Virus record (IMG/VR): IMGVR_UViG_3300036715_003363
Reading direction: 5' to 3' (one strand)
Source of the DNA: a virus
Length of the DNA stretch: 64,000 bases
This document shows positions 48,484 through 56,544 of this stretch, one piece after another; positions within the stretch are counted from its first letter, which is position 1, and each line of letters starts with the position of its first letter. The position numbers and the translations under genes are program-made. The notes below the pieces were generated by a model. The model made no database searches. It was not told the DNA's origin and saw only the letters and a list, made by a program, of their open reading frames with translations.

Positions 48484-49140
48484 CTAAGATTTATCAATGC
48501 TTAGCGCGGCAACATAACCACTTAATATTTTTGACTCAAGAAGAAGTGCATTGTACACCTCTTCTTTAAGATATTCATCGCTTTTTATAACTTCAGTCGC
48601 AAGAATGCCGATAAATGTTCCATCAATACTTTTAATCGGAAAGAGATAAACTATATTTGCTCCTTTTGATCCCCAATAACTCCTCAGTGCGTAATCTTGC
48701 TCAGAGAGCACATCAATAACAAGACCGCTATTTTCATCAACATTCAATTTTGCTAAACAAGCACTAAAAAAGGAAATTGGAAGGCTCTGCATCCTCATAA
48801 TATCAGCGGCGACTCCTTGTGCAGATGATTCAAATGAAACTGACATTTTTTTCATCGACTTATTGCCAGGATAATAATTACCACCATTATGAAACTGTGC
48901 AATCCAAACTCTATCAAGAGAATGTTTTTGCTGAATATTATTCAATGAATCGTTTACAATTTCCTGCACTGACAGTACATAACCAAAATCTTCCTTTTTC
49001 TTTTTTGTTGATGCAATCCTCGTATAGAATCTGTGCTTATAGCATATGAGTATTATAGGTCCTATAATAGCAATTAGTATTGCAGAAAATACTGGAAACA
49101 ATTTAATTATCTCGTCCTCGATCGCGATTATAGTAATCAT
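48484..49140 (-). CDS. single-TM plus GAF-like domain protein, T4 holin T-like
   Basis: N-terminal TM (FPVFSAILIAIIGPIILIC), then DRVWIAQFHNGGNYYPG...IGILATE GAF-like fold. Confidence 0.55.
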   Translation of the reverse strand: MITIIAIEDEIIKLFPVFSAILIAIIGPIILICYKHRFYTRIASTKKKKEDFGYVLSVQEIVNDSLNNIQQKHSLDRVWIAQFHNGGNYYPGNKSMKKMSVSFESSAQGVAADIMRMQSLPISFFSACLAKLNVDENSGLVIDVLSEQDYALRSYWGSKGANIVYLFPIKSIDGTFIGILATEVIKSDEYLKEEVYNALLLESKILSGYVAALSIDKS

Positions 49141-49263
49141 GTTATGTATGTGTTATTTATTCAGCTTAAAAGAATATTCAGTACAATGATTAAATAATAT
49201 CAGTACATCTTTATAGTATCGCGCGCAATCGTCGCCTTCACTAGAGAGATTGAAAAGAAGTAT

Positions 49264-49965
49264 ATGTCATCACGTCTACATAACAAATTCCACCGTCACA
49301 GCCATCATACTTATCCAAATGGTGATCCTCGCTTTCCAGATAGTGGTCATGATCCAATAGCTTCTCCGGCATCACCATTTCTCGGTGATTTTGTGCTTCA
49401 GGGTGGATTGTCAGCATCAGCTCCTCTTTCTGCTTATGCAGGGTATTTTGCATCAAATAACGCTGCAATTATTGCTCAGAGCTCTAATGTTGCAATTTCT
49501 GCTTCTGGAGATGTTAAAATAATCGGAAACACAACATCATACGGAAATACAGTAATTAACGGAAATCTTACTGTTGCTGGATCTGCGACAAATCTTATTA
49601 CGATGTTGCAAATTTTAAGCTCTGTAACAATTACTGTTTCAAATAGCGGAGTATCCCCTGCTCTTATTGTTAATCAGTCTGGTAATAATGATATTGTAGA
49701 TTTTCAGGATGGTGGAATAAGTAAATTTTTTATTGATGGAGCCGGACAGTACGCTGGATATGTCGGTATCAATACCAATACTCCTACATCTCAGTTAACA
49801 GTTGTCGGAGATATCAGTTCGACCGGAACAACAACACTCAGTAATGTAGTTTTTACAGGCGCAGTCATTAGTACACTTACAACTCCAGTTACTGCAACAG
49901 GTGAGTTTCTCGTTTTAAATATTAATGGAGTTACAAATAGAGCAATTCAGATCTGGAACTTCTAA
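49264..49965 (+). CDS. fibre-like protein with His-rich N-terminus
   Basis: MSSRLHNKFHRHSHH; beta-helix-like repeats and YVGINTNTPTSQLTVVG. Confidence 0.6.
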   Translation: MSSRLHNKFHRHSHHTYPNGDPRFPDSGHDPIASPASPFLGDFVLQGGLSASAPLSAYAGYFASNNAAIIAQSSNVAISASGDVKIIGNTTSYGNTVINGNLTVAGSATNLITMLQILSSVTITVSNSGVSPALIVNQSGNNDIVDFQDGGISKFFIDGAGQYAGYVGINTNTPTSQLTVVGDISSTGTTTLSNVVFTGAVISTLTTPVTATGEFLVLNINGVTNRAIQIWNF

Positions 49966-49986
49966 AAATTCAGTTTAACATAAGAT

Positions 49987-50271
49987 ATGTTAAATTTCCT
50001 TAAGAAAAAAGAAAAATCACCAATAGTTCCTGATGCGCGTTCTGTGTACGCTTTTATGAAACATCGCAGAGGTGAATTTCTGTTGTTTCTTAATCAAGAT
50101 GGTGATGATGTTCTAAACTTTATGCAGCTTCCAGATAGATATCCTGTTGCTCTTACTCTCAGCGAGTTTACAGCGGGTCTAGTTGATAGCATCTTTGAGT
50201 TTGTTGAAGTACTTCCAGAAGAAGTGTTCGATGTTTGCAAGGTAAATATTAATAATCTTACAAAAGTGTAA
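49987..50271 (+). CDS. hypothetical protein
   Basis: 94-aa ORF. Confidence 0.6.
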   Translation: MLNFLKKKEKSPIVPDARSVYAFMKHRRGEFLLFLNQDGDDVLNFMQLPDRYPVALTLSEFTAGLVDSIFEFVEVLPEEVFDVCKVNINNLTKV

Positions 50272-50277
50272 TAAAGC

Positions 50278-50306
50278 TTGACTGATTTCATGGGTTCATA
50301 TATATT
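50278..50306 (+). promoter_or_regulatory. sigma70-like promoter TTGACT-17-TATATT
   Basis: 17-nt spacer; ATG 50315 lies 8 nt downstream. Confidence 0.55.
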
Positions 50307-50314
50307 GGTAGATA

Positions 50315-50542
50315 ATGAAACATAAAACAAAACAAAAAGTATCAAACGTAGACATCACAAAGCTTTCCCTCTATGAACTTTGCCGGTGGACAGCGCTAGA
50401 GGAAGCAATCAATGTTATCGGAGAGAAGTGCGAAGAGAAAAACATTGATTTTGATGGAGTTGAACTGAAGCCTTTAGAGATCCTAAAGTACGTTGATCTT
50501 GCAACTGACAAGATTTTCGAAAAAGTATCGACGCGCGATTGA
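50315..50542 (+). CDS. hypothetical protein
   Basis: 75-aa ORF behind a sigma70-like promoter. Confidence 0.6.
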   Translation: MKHKTKQKVSNVDITKLSLYELCRWTALEEAINVIGEKCEEKNIDFDGVELKPLEILKYVDLATDKIFEKVSTRD

Positions 50543-50572
50543 AATTACTTTCAAATATAATAATATAAGAGG

Positions 50573-50884
50573 ATGAGCAACATGACATATAAAATTAAAT
50601 GCATTGTAACTAGTGAGGAATTGGGTCGATCACCGAAGTATTTGGAACAACAGGCTGCAAAGTACGGCTTTAGTAGTGTTGAAAGTTTCCGCTCTCAATA
50701 TATTGGACGAACTGCGCGCAGGCTCCTCAAGGAAGGACGCACAGTTGAGAGCATTCGTGAAGAATACAAGAATGAGATTACAACTCCAGTAACAGAAGAG
50801 ACATTAATTCGATTCCGCATTAAGGGATCACTTATTAAGGCTCCTGTTCTTCGTAAAGCTGCAAAAGTGTCAATATCAGCTTAA
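50573..50884 (+). CDS. hypothetical basic protein
   Basis: 103-aa ORF. Confidence 0.6.
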   Translation: MSNMTYKIKCIVTSEELGRSPKYLEQQAAKYGFSSVESFRSQYIGRTARRLLKEGRTVESIREEYKNEITTPVTEETLIRFRIKGSLIKAPVLRKAAKVSISA

Positions 50885-50889
50885 TTATA

Positions 50890-51345
50890 ATGATGCTAAG
50901 CAAAATTAAAGAATCGCTGATAAAACCTGAAATAATTGTAATTATAGTATCACTTGCAATTACGTGTGCAATTTCAACAGTCATTGGAACAGCATGGTGG
51001 GTTAATTACGGAGAGTTCTGGCCTGGATTTACAGCCGCAGTTGCAATTCAAATTGTAGGATTTGCAATCTGGAATTCATACCTTTTGAGAAAGGATGCGA
51101 TTGATAGTACAAATCTCATTATACAGCAATCAGAAGCTTTAGCAAAAGCTAGCATTCAACTAACTTGTGCATATTGTAAGATTCCCGCAGTTGTGCCTAT
51201 CAATCTTAATGAAGAGAATAGGTTTAAGTGTGATGGGTGCGGGCAAGTAAATTCTATTAAAATGCAGTTCTTTGCAGCTCAGATTACTACTCCTCTTGAG
51301 AGAATTATACAACCTTTTGACGAATCTATTAAAGTTACTCGTTAA
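50890..51345 (+). CDS. 2-TM protein with C-terminal Zn-ribbon
   Basis: Two hydrophobic helices, then CAYC...CDGC. Confidence 0.65.
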   Translation: MMLSKIKESLIKPEIIVIIVSLAITCAISTVIGTAWWVNYGEFWPGFTAAVAIQIVGFAIWNSYLLRKDAIDSTNLIIQQSEALAKASIQLTCAYCKIPAVVPINLNEENRFKCDGCGQVNSIKMQFFAAQITTPLERIIQPFDESIKVTR

Positions 51346-51632
51346 ACCCAAAAATCATCGAGATCTCTTGTTAGAACTTTAACAAGGTCCATTGCAGTAT
51401 TAATCTTATACTGCATCTTCTTTAGTCTCTTAATCCTTGCAGGTGTTAGGTTTACGACGTTATTTCTCTTCGTAACTTCAATACGCTTGCGAATGAGATC
51501 AAGCGCAAAGTAAACATCTGCAAGTTCCTCTTCAATGTTTTCAAGAGGAAAAGGGAGAAACTTTTTTGATTTTGGTTCTAAAGCATCTGCGCTAAGCATT
51601 TGACGGTCAAAACCTACTGATTCAATTGACAT
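51342..51632 (-). CDS. hypothetical late protein
   Basis: 96 aa; TAAATA 5 nt upstream. Confidence 0.6.
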   Translation of the reverse strand: MSIESVGFDRQMLSADALEPKSKKFLPFPLENIEEELADVYFALDLIRKRIEVTKRNNVVNLTPARIKRLKKMQYKINTAMDLVKVLTRDLDDFWV

Positions 51633-51704
51633 GAAAGTATTTATGGCGAATAAATACTATTATCTATGTTGTTTCTATGTAAAATTAGGATATAATTAAG
51701 ACCT

Positions 51705-52088
51705 ATGCAAAAGCTCAATAAAAAAGATGTGCAAGATCTGTATGCTAGATGTATGAGGCATATTAAAAAAACTCCTCATGATCTTATAAGGTATCGCCGT
51801 CTTCGAGGAGTTCATGGATATTATAATTGGCACACAGATAACTCCTTAGAGTTTGATTATAGAGGACAGCTTGGAAGAACACTCTTCCATGAAGTTATTC
51901 ATGCAGTGTTTCCGGAGTGGTGTGAGACTCAAGTAGTGTATGCAGAGTCACGAATAATAAATACATGCGCACCCATTGATATTGCGAAGTTTATTAAAGT
52001 CATAACTGAAAAACTTTACGTAGTTGAGATTATCAAACAACGTAAAGTTCAATCAGCTGCGAGAAAAAAGAAAAGATTAAAAGCCTGA
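51705..52088 (+). CDS. putative zincin-like metallopeptidase
   Basis: TLFHEVIHA is an HExxH motif; TTGTTT-16-TATAAT promoter upstream. Confidence 0.55.
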   Translation: MQKLNKKDVQDLYARCMRHIKKTPHDLIRYRRLRGVHGYYNWHTDNSLEFDYRGQLGRTLFHEVIHAVFPEWCETQVVYAESRIINTCAPIDIAKFIKVITEKLYVVEIIKQRKVQSAARKKKRLKA

Positions 52089-52976
52089 AAGAAGCTCCTC
52101 AAGCCTGCTACCTCTTGAAAAGCTTTGTTTCCATTTATCAAGATCTCTAACGAAGGAGTACATTTCCGCTTCGTTGCACATTGATTCAAACTTGCCAATG
52201 TCAGCACGAACTTTAAGCTGATCTTCAAACTGATTATTATACGATTCTTTCTCCCCCTCTTCCTTATTATAGGATTCGTGTAGGTCCATCATTAACACAT
52301 TATGTTTGAAGATTTCTTGATCTGATTCTGACAAAACACTAAGAATCGTATCAATGCCTTGAGCTGCAAGCCTCTTTGATCTCATTACTCCGTATCCTTC
52401 TACTCCTGGAACATTGTCGGACTTATCGCCCATTAGAGATTTAAAGTTGAGAAAGTGCTGAACTTCAACATTGTGATTCTCTTCAAAGTTTTGAACGGTT
52501 GTAATGCTTTTCTTAATTGGATTGAAATATTGAGTGTTATTGTCAATAAGCTGAAGAAGATCTTTATCAACTGATACAATAGTTGACGGCTTTAGCTTTT
52601 CTTTTGTAAGGTAACTGATAATGTCATCCGCTTCTAAGACCCACGGATACATTTGTTTTATACCGAGTGATGTAAGATACTCAGAAATAATTTCATGTTG
52701 CTCATGTACCTTAGCAGTCTTTTCTGTGTCTCTGTTCTGCTTATAAAGCTCAGGAGACAACGTTTTTCTAAAATTTGTAGATGGATGTTTAAGTCTCTTA
52801 TCCCATGTTACCCAAATTGACTTCGGTTTAAACTGGTCAACGTTTGACTTTAAAGATTTAAGAAAAATGAAAACAGGACCTGTCCATACGCCTTTTGTGT
52901 TAACAAGAGGAGATCGTGATTCCGCAACCCAAAATGCTCTGTGGAGTAAATTACTACCATCAATTATTAAATTCAT
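52077..52976 (-). CDS. rnh: RNase H / 5'-3' exonuclease (T4 rnh family)
   Basis: LIIDGSNLLHRA, YKQNR, LEADDII, SVDKDLLQL and LMGDKSDNVPGV. Confidence 0.93.
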   Translation of the reverse strand: MNLIIDGSNLLHRAFWVAESRSPLVNTKGVWTGPVFIFLKSLKSNVDQFKPKSIWVTWDKRLKHPSTNFRKTLSPELYKQNRDTEKTAKVHEQHEIISEYLTSLGIKQMYPWVLEADDIISYLTKEKLKPSTIVSVDKDLLQLIDNNTQYFNPIKKSITTVQNFEENHNVEVQHFLNFKSLMGDKSDNVPGVEGYGVMRSKRLAAQGIDTILSVLSESDQEIFKHNVLMMDLHESYNKEEGEKESYNNQFEDQLKVRADIGKFESMCNEAEMYSFVRDLDKWKQSFSRGSRLEELLSGF

Positions 52977-53048
52977 ATAGGAATGATATAATACAATTTA
53001 TAATAAACAACTCTTGATTTTAAATTTATTCCATCTATTATTTTTGAT

Positions 53049-53345
53049 ATGCACAACCGAGAACAACTACTAAAATCTCTCCATGAGAGTAATGTTGCAG
53101 TTACATTTACAAAAGCTGATGGCACTGAGCGTCGAATGCTTTGCACTCTTCGATCCGATGCTCTTCCGGCAGTTGACGAAAAAAAGATAGCTGGAACATA
53201 TACTGATGAAGTAATTCGTGTTTGGGATCTTGACAACAGCGAATGGAGATCATTTAAGGTTGATTCCGTTAAACACACAGAAGTTTTCCTCAGTACAGCC
53301 GCTCCAAAAACAGAAACCTACATAACACCAACAGTAACAATATGA
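53049..53345 (+). CDS. WYL_2/SH3-like small protein
   Basis: VTFTKADGTERRMLCTL...VWDLDNSEWRSFKVDSV. Confidence 0.8.
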   Translation: MHNREQLLKSLHESNVAVTFTKADGTERRMLCTLRSDALPAVDEKKIAGTYTDEVIRVWDLDNSEWRSFKVDSVKHTEVFLSTAAPKTETYITPTVTI

Positions 53346-53539
53346 CAAACCTCATCTGGCCATCCATGCAAATTGCTAAATCATCTAAGATTTGGCATTC
53401 CGTTCCTCCTAAAAATGCTTCTCCTGCAGCTTACGCTGAGTGGAAAAAAGAGGCTCAGTACAACAAGCGCCTTATGCTCGGCCTTATTGTGGAAGAAAGG
53501 CGCGAAAAGAAAGTTGATAAAAATAAAGAAAAGCAATAA
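53342..53539 (+). CDS. hypothetical protein
   Basis: 65 aa; ATGA overlap. Confidence 0.5.
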   Translation: MTNLIWPSMQIAKSSKIWHSVPPKNASPAAYAEWKKEAQYNKRLMLGLIVEERREKKVDKNKEKQ

Positions 53540-53547
53540 GTCTTATT

Positions 53548-53817
53548 ATGAGTGACTTTCCAACAATATTCCAAGTTAAACCTGAGCAAGTAGGATCAAC
53601 TGACATTAATCAGTTCCTGCTCTCTGCCATTGCCAGAGAGTTTGGAGATAACTATTCTATTGTTACTGAACAAACAACTGATAGAATTGTCCCTTATGTA
53701 AAAGGTCTTCGTAAGATTAAGTCCTATGCTGTTGAAGCTCGTGGAGTAACTCATTCTCTATTCTTTGACATTACTGAAGTTTCTTCAGCTAATGCAATCA
53801 ATTGGGGCGGACGATGA
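53548..53817 (+). CDS. hypothetical protein
   Basis: 89-aa ORF. Confidence 0.6.
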   Translation: MSDFPTIFQVKPEQVGSTDINQFLLSAIAREFGDNYSIVTEQTTDRIVPYVKGLRKIKSYAVEARGVTHSLFFDITEVSSANAINWGGR

Positions 53818-54131
53818 GTAACAGCTTCATTACATCCGCAACAAACACTCTTAAAGATGTTGCAAAAACAATGCAGGAAAGAGGAGCGCAGTACTCCGAC
53901 ACTTGGGGTGAAAAAGGCAGCTGGAATCTCACAAGAGCTCTTATCAAAGAGTATACCGGCAAAGATATCACCGATGATGAGTGTAAGGCAATTACGCTTG
54001 CGGGATTCGTTGATCAAAAATATTCGCGCCTTGCGGGAGGATATAGCCGCGACACAATGCTAGATCTGATTCCCTATGCTGCAGCTCTGGTCGATGTATT
54101 CAACAAAGAGAAGAACAATAAGCCAGTGTAA
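53814..54131 (+). CDS. small helical protein resembling nucleotide-modification-associated domains
   Basis: TMQERGAQYSDTW...DQKYSRL...DTMLDLIPYAA; start refined to the ATGA overlap at 53814. Confidence 0.55.
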   Translation: MSNSFITSATNTLKDVAKTMQERGAQYSDTWGEKGSWNLTRALIKEYTGKDITDDECKAITLAGFVDQKYSRLAGGYSRDTMLDLIPYAAALVDVFNKEKNNKPV

Positions 54132-54157
54132 CTCAATCACCATAAGAGCTGCAGAGG

Positions 54158-54835
54158 TTAATACTCGCCGTACGGAGATGACAGATCTCCATACTTAAAG
54201 ATTTGATCTGCTGCAATATCAACTGATTGTTGAATTGGAGTTTCTTCGTCAATTGGAACACCAAGAGGTGTCTCACTTCCGTAAGTACCTCCATCAGAAA
54301 TTTGAGTGTTGAGAGGCTCTTTATGAGTTCCAGGCTCGTAGGAGTACTCCCAACGCTTACATTTAATGTACCACACATAGTGACCCATTAGTGCATTTGT
54401 CATTGGAAGATATTGATCGTCACGCTCAGTAATTTCATAAATTGGCGCACCGCGTCCGTTTGGGCGATCTCCTGTGCCTCCATATTCCTGTAACTCAATA
54501 AGATCTCCTGACTTAGGCTCTTTGCCAGTACCAAAGGTGTCATAAAAACTCGAAATATGAACAACTGCAGTCATATCGCAATCAGCCATAATTCCAAACT
54601 TAGATAAAAGGATTGAATCGTTTGTAATATCAGTAACCATTACCACATTACCTGCGCTTAGAAATGTAGCAGTTGGATCTTCACCATATAAAAAATTATG
54701 AGAGGACAAGCTGTATCCATTTGTGTAGTAAATTACGTTTACACCGTAGTGTTCAATTTGTTCTTTCCACCAACGCGAATAGTTTTCGCGCTCATTGGCG
54801 TTAATATTTTTATTAAGATATCTAACTTTTTGCAT
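54158..54835 (-). CDS. gp14: neck protein gp14
   Basis: IEHYGVNVIYY...LYGED...SKFGI...EPKSGDLI...YEIT...YIKCKRWEYSYE. Confidence 0.85.
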   Translation of the reverse strand: MQKVRYLNKNINANERENYSRWWKEQIEHYGVNVIYYTNGYSLSSHNFLYGEDPTATFLSAGNVVMVTDITNDSILLSKFGIMADCDMTAVVHISSFYDTFGTGKEPKSGDLIELQEYGGTGDRPNGRGAPIYEITERDDQYLPMTNALMGHYVWYIKCKRWEYSYEPGTHKEPLNTQISDGGTYGSETPLGVPIDEETPIQQSVDIAADQIFKYGDLSSPYGEY

Positions 54836-54837
54836 TA

Positions 54838-55422
54838 TTACTTAGTTTGTAAAAGACGAGATCTCATCATGCTTCTTATTAAAGAGTGTCTTCTTTTTTT
54901 CTTTGCGGGGTCCCTTACAAGACCTTCAAGAGACTTAACTGACTCACCGAGAAATCTCGGCTTTTTAAGCCATTTGTTGGTATATGGGTGATAAGCAGCA
55001 TCATAATCTTCAGCATGAAGAGTGCGAATAGTTGGAAGATATTCAAGAGGATGCTGAGAACCATCCGCAAGATGTCCGTTTAGATTTTTAATTGTTTCAA
55101 GAATTTTTTCTTTTAAAACATCCGCGAGATTGGTTGTATCAATTTGAACCTTAACAATGAGAGGGCACGTAGAACTGGATTTTTCCTTTAGTATTGGTCC
55201 AACTATCATATAGTCTTTACAACGCGTTGTCCCTGATTCTCCCTCAGCGCTATTAATGGTATTGATGTCGACCATGATCTGAGTCTTGATCTTTGGTTGC
55301 AGCTGAGGCTCGCCTCCATCCGGCGGGAAATAAAACACACGAGGATCAAGACTATTAACAGGATAAGGGTTTGTGTGATATTTTACGTATGCATCACCGA
55401 CGGCCTTTTCAAACAGATTCAT
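54838..55422 (-). CDS. hypothetical protein, possibly an inactivated nucleotidyltransferase fold
   Basis: LQPKIKTQI...DYMIVG...HPLEY...YHPYTNKWLKKP; TAAGTA 4 nt upstream. Confidence 0.5.
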   Translation of the reverse strand: MNLFEKAVGDAYVKYHTNPYPVNSLDPRVFYFPPDGGEPQLQPKIKTQIMVDINTINSAEGESGTTRCKDYMIVGPILKEKSSSTCPLIVKVQIDTTNLADVLKEKILETIKNLNGHLADGSQHPLEYLPTIRTLHAEDYDAAYHPYTNKWLKKPRFLGESVKSLEGLVRDPAKKKRRHSLIRSMMRSRLLQTK

Positions 55423-55446
55423 CTAGTACTTATGCTAAATTTGTAC

Positions 55447-55476
55447 AAAAAAATAGCCCCAAAAAGGGGCTATTTT
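55447..55476 (-). terminator. intrinsic terminator (possibly bidirectional)
   Basis: AAAATAGCCCC-5 nt-GGGGCTATTTT with flanking A/T runs, downstream of the 55497-56255 gene. Confidence 0.85.
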
Positions 55477-55496
55477 CTTTTAATTGCTAATTAAGA

Positions 55497-56255
55497 TTAT
55501 TTGAAGTAATCGCCGACCTTAATGTTTGAAGTCTTTACAGTGAACTTCTTTGTGTTGCGAAGATCTGAATCGCTTGAGCTAAGTGCTTTTGGCTCTGGAT
55601 CTTCATCAACGTCTCCATTGGACGCTCTACCGCCCTTTGGCTTTACTGTTGAAGAAGTTGTGAACTTCTTCGTGTTCTGAAGTGATGCTTTCTTGTCGCT
55701 AAGAGCTCTTGGCTCTGGGGCTTCAACAGCTTCGTGAAATGACTCACCAAACTCTTCTTCCTCATCTTCACCAGTCTCTTCCTCACTATCTTCGTCACTA
55801 TCTTCCTCACCATCTTCGTCACTATCTTCCTCACTAGCAACACCGCTTACTTTATCAAGGATGGCTTGAAGTGAATCGATAATTCCGCGAAGATCGTCGG
55901 AGAGAGTTGAAACTTCATCATCAGTTGACTCAATTTCATCATGAGTTTCTCCAGGAGTTGTTGGTACTTCTTCTACGTCATCCTCAATACCATGTTCGTC
56001 GCCGAAATCTTCATTGAGCGTAGATTTGAAGAGCTTTTCGAACGTACCTTCGAACGCACTCTTTTGTGTGGTTTTCATAGATTCTTTAACTGCTTTCTTT
56101 TTTCCTGCAGCTGGTTTTTTAAAGCTTTTTGTTGACTTTGAGTCGGTGCCAGTTCCCTTTACAGGCTTTTCCTTGCCCTTCGCAGCGAAGGATGGAAGTT
56201 TAGCTTCGTTTAGAAGCACTTGATTTTCGTAAATGTCGGACAGAAGGTTTTTCAT
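55497..56255 (-). CDS. acidic protein, candidate internal head/core protein
   Basis: D/E tract; duplicated EP(R/K)ALS...L(Q/R)NTKKFT; several x-x-E|A/S/D sites; TAAATA 6 nt upstream. Confidence 0.7.
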   Translation of the reverse strand: MKNLLSDIYENQVLLNEAKLPSFAAKGKEKPVKGTGTDSKSTKSFKKPAAGKKKAVKESMKTTQKSAFEGTFEKLFKSTLNEDFGDEHGIEDDVEEVPTTPGETHDEIESTDDEVSTLSDDLRGIIDSLQAILDKVSGVASEEDSDEDGEEDSDEDSEEETGEDEEEEFGESFHEAVEAPEPRALSDKKASLQNTKKFTTSSTVKPKGGRASNGDVDEDPEPKALSSSDSDLRNTKKFTVKTSNIKVGDYFK

Positions 56256-56296
56256 GTTGTATATTTATTTATTCTAAAATGGTAACTTTTCTCTGT

Positions 56297-56542
56297 TTAA
56301 GATATTTGATAGTAAGGAATTTTTACTGATACGTTGTTTACAGTTGTAAAAATATAACCAATAAAAGCTCCTGCAGAGGCAGTAACTACATTTGTATTAA
56401 AAGGAGCCACGCTTACACTCATAAAATTTGTTGAGAGCGTTGTAAGTGAAGTATCAAGATTATTGAAATTGCTATTAAGCACATCAAGAGAGTCTCCGAT
56501 GCATTGATTCTGATCGATTTGACTTGTATAGTTTGTTGACAT
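56297..56542 (-). CDS. minimal CIGDS-family protein (81 aa)
   Basis: NQCIGDSLDVLNSNFNNL; TAAATA 6 nt upstream. Confidence 0.7.
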   Translation of the reverse strand: MSTNYTSQIDQNQCIGDSLDVLNSNFNNLDTSLTTLSTNFMSVSVAPFNTNVVTASAGAFIGYIFTTVNNVSVKIPYYQIS

Positions 56543-56544
56543 TG

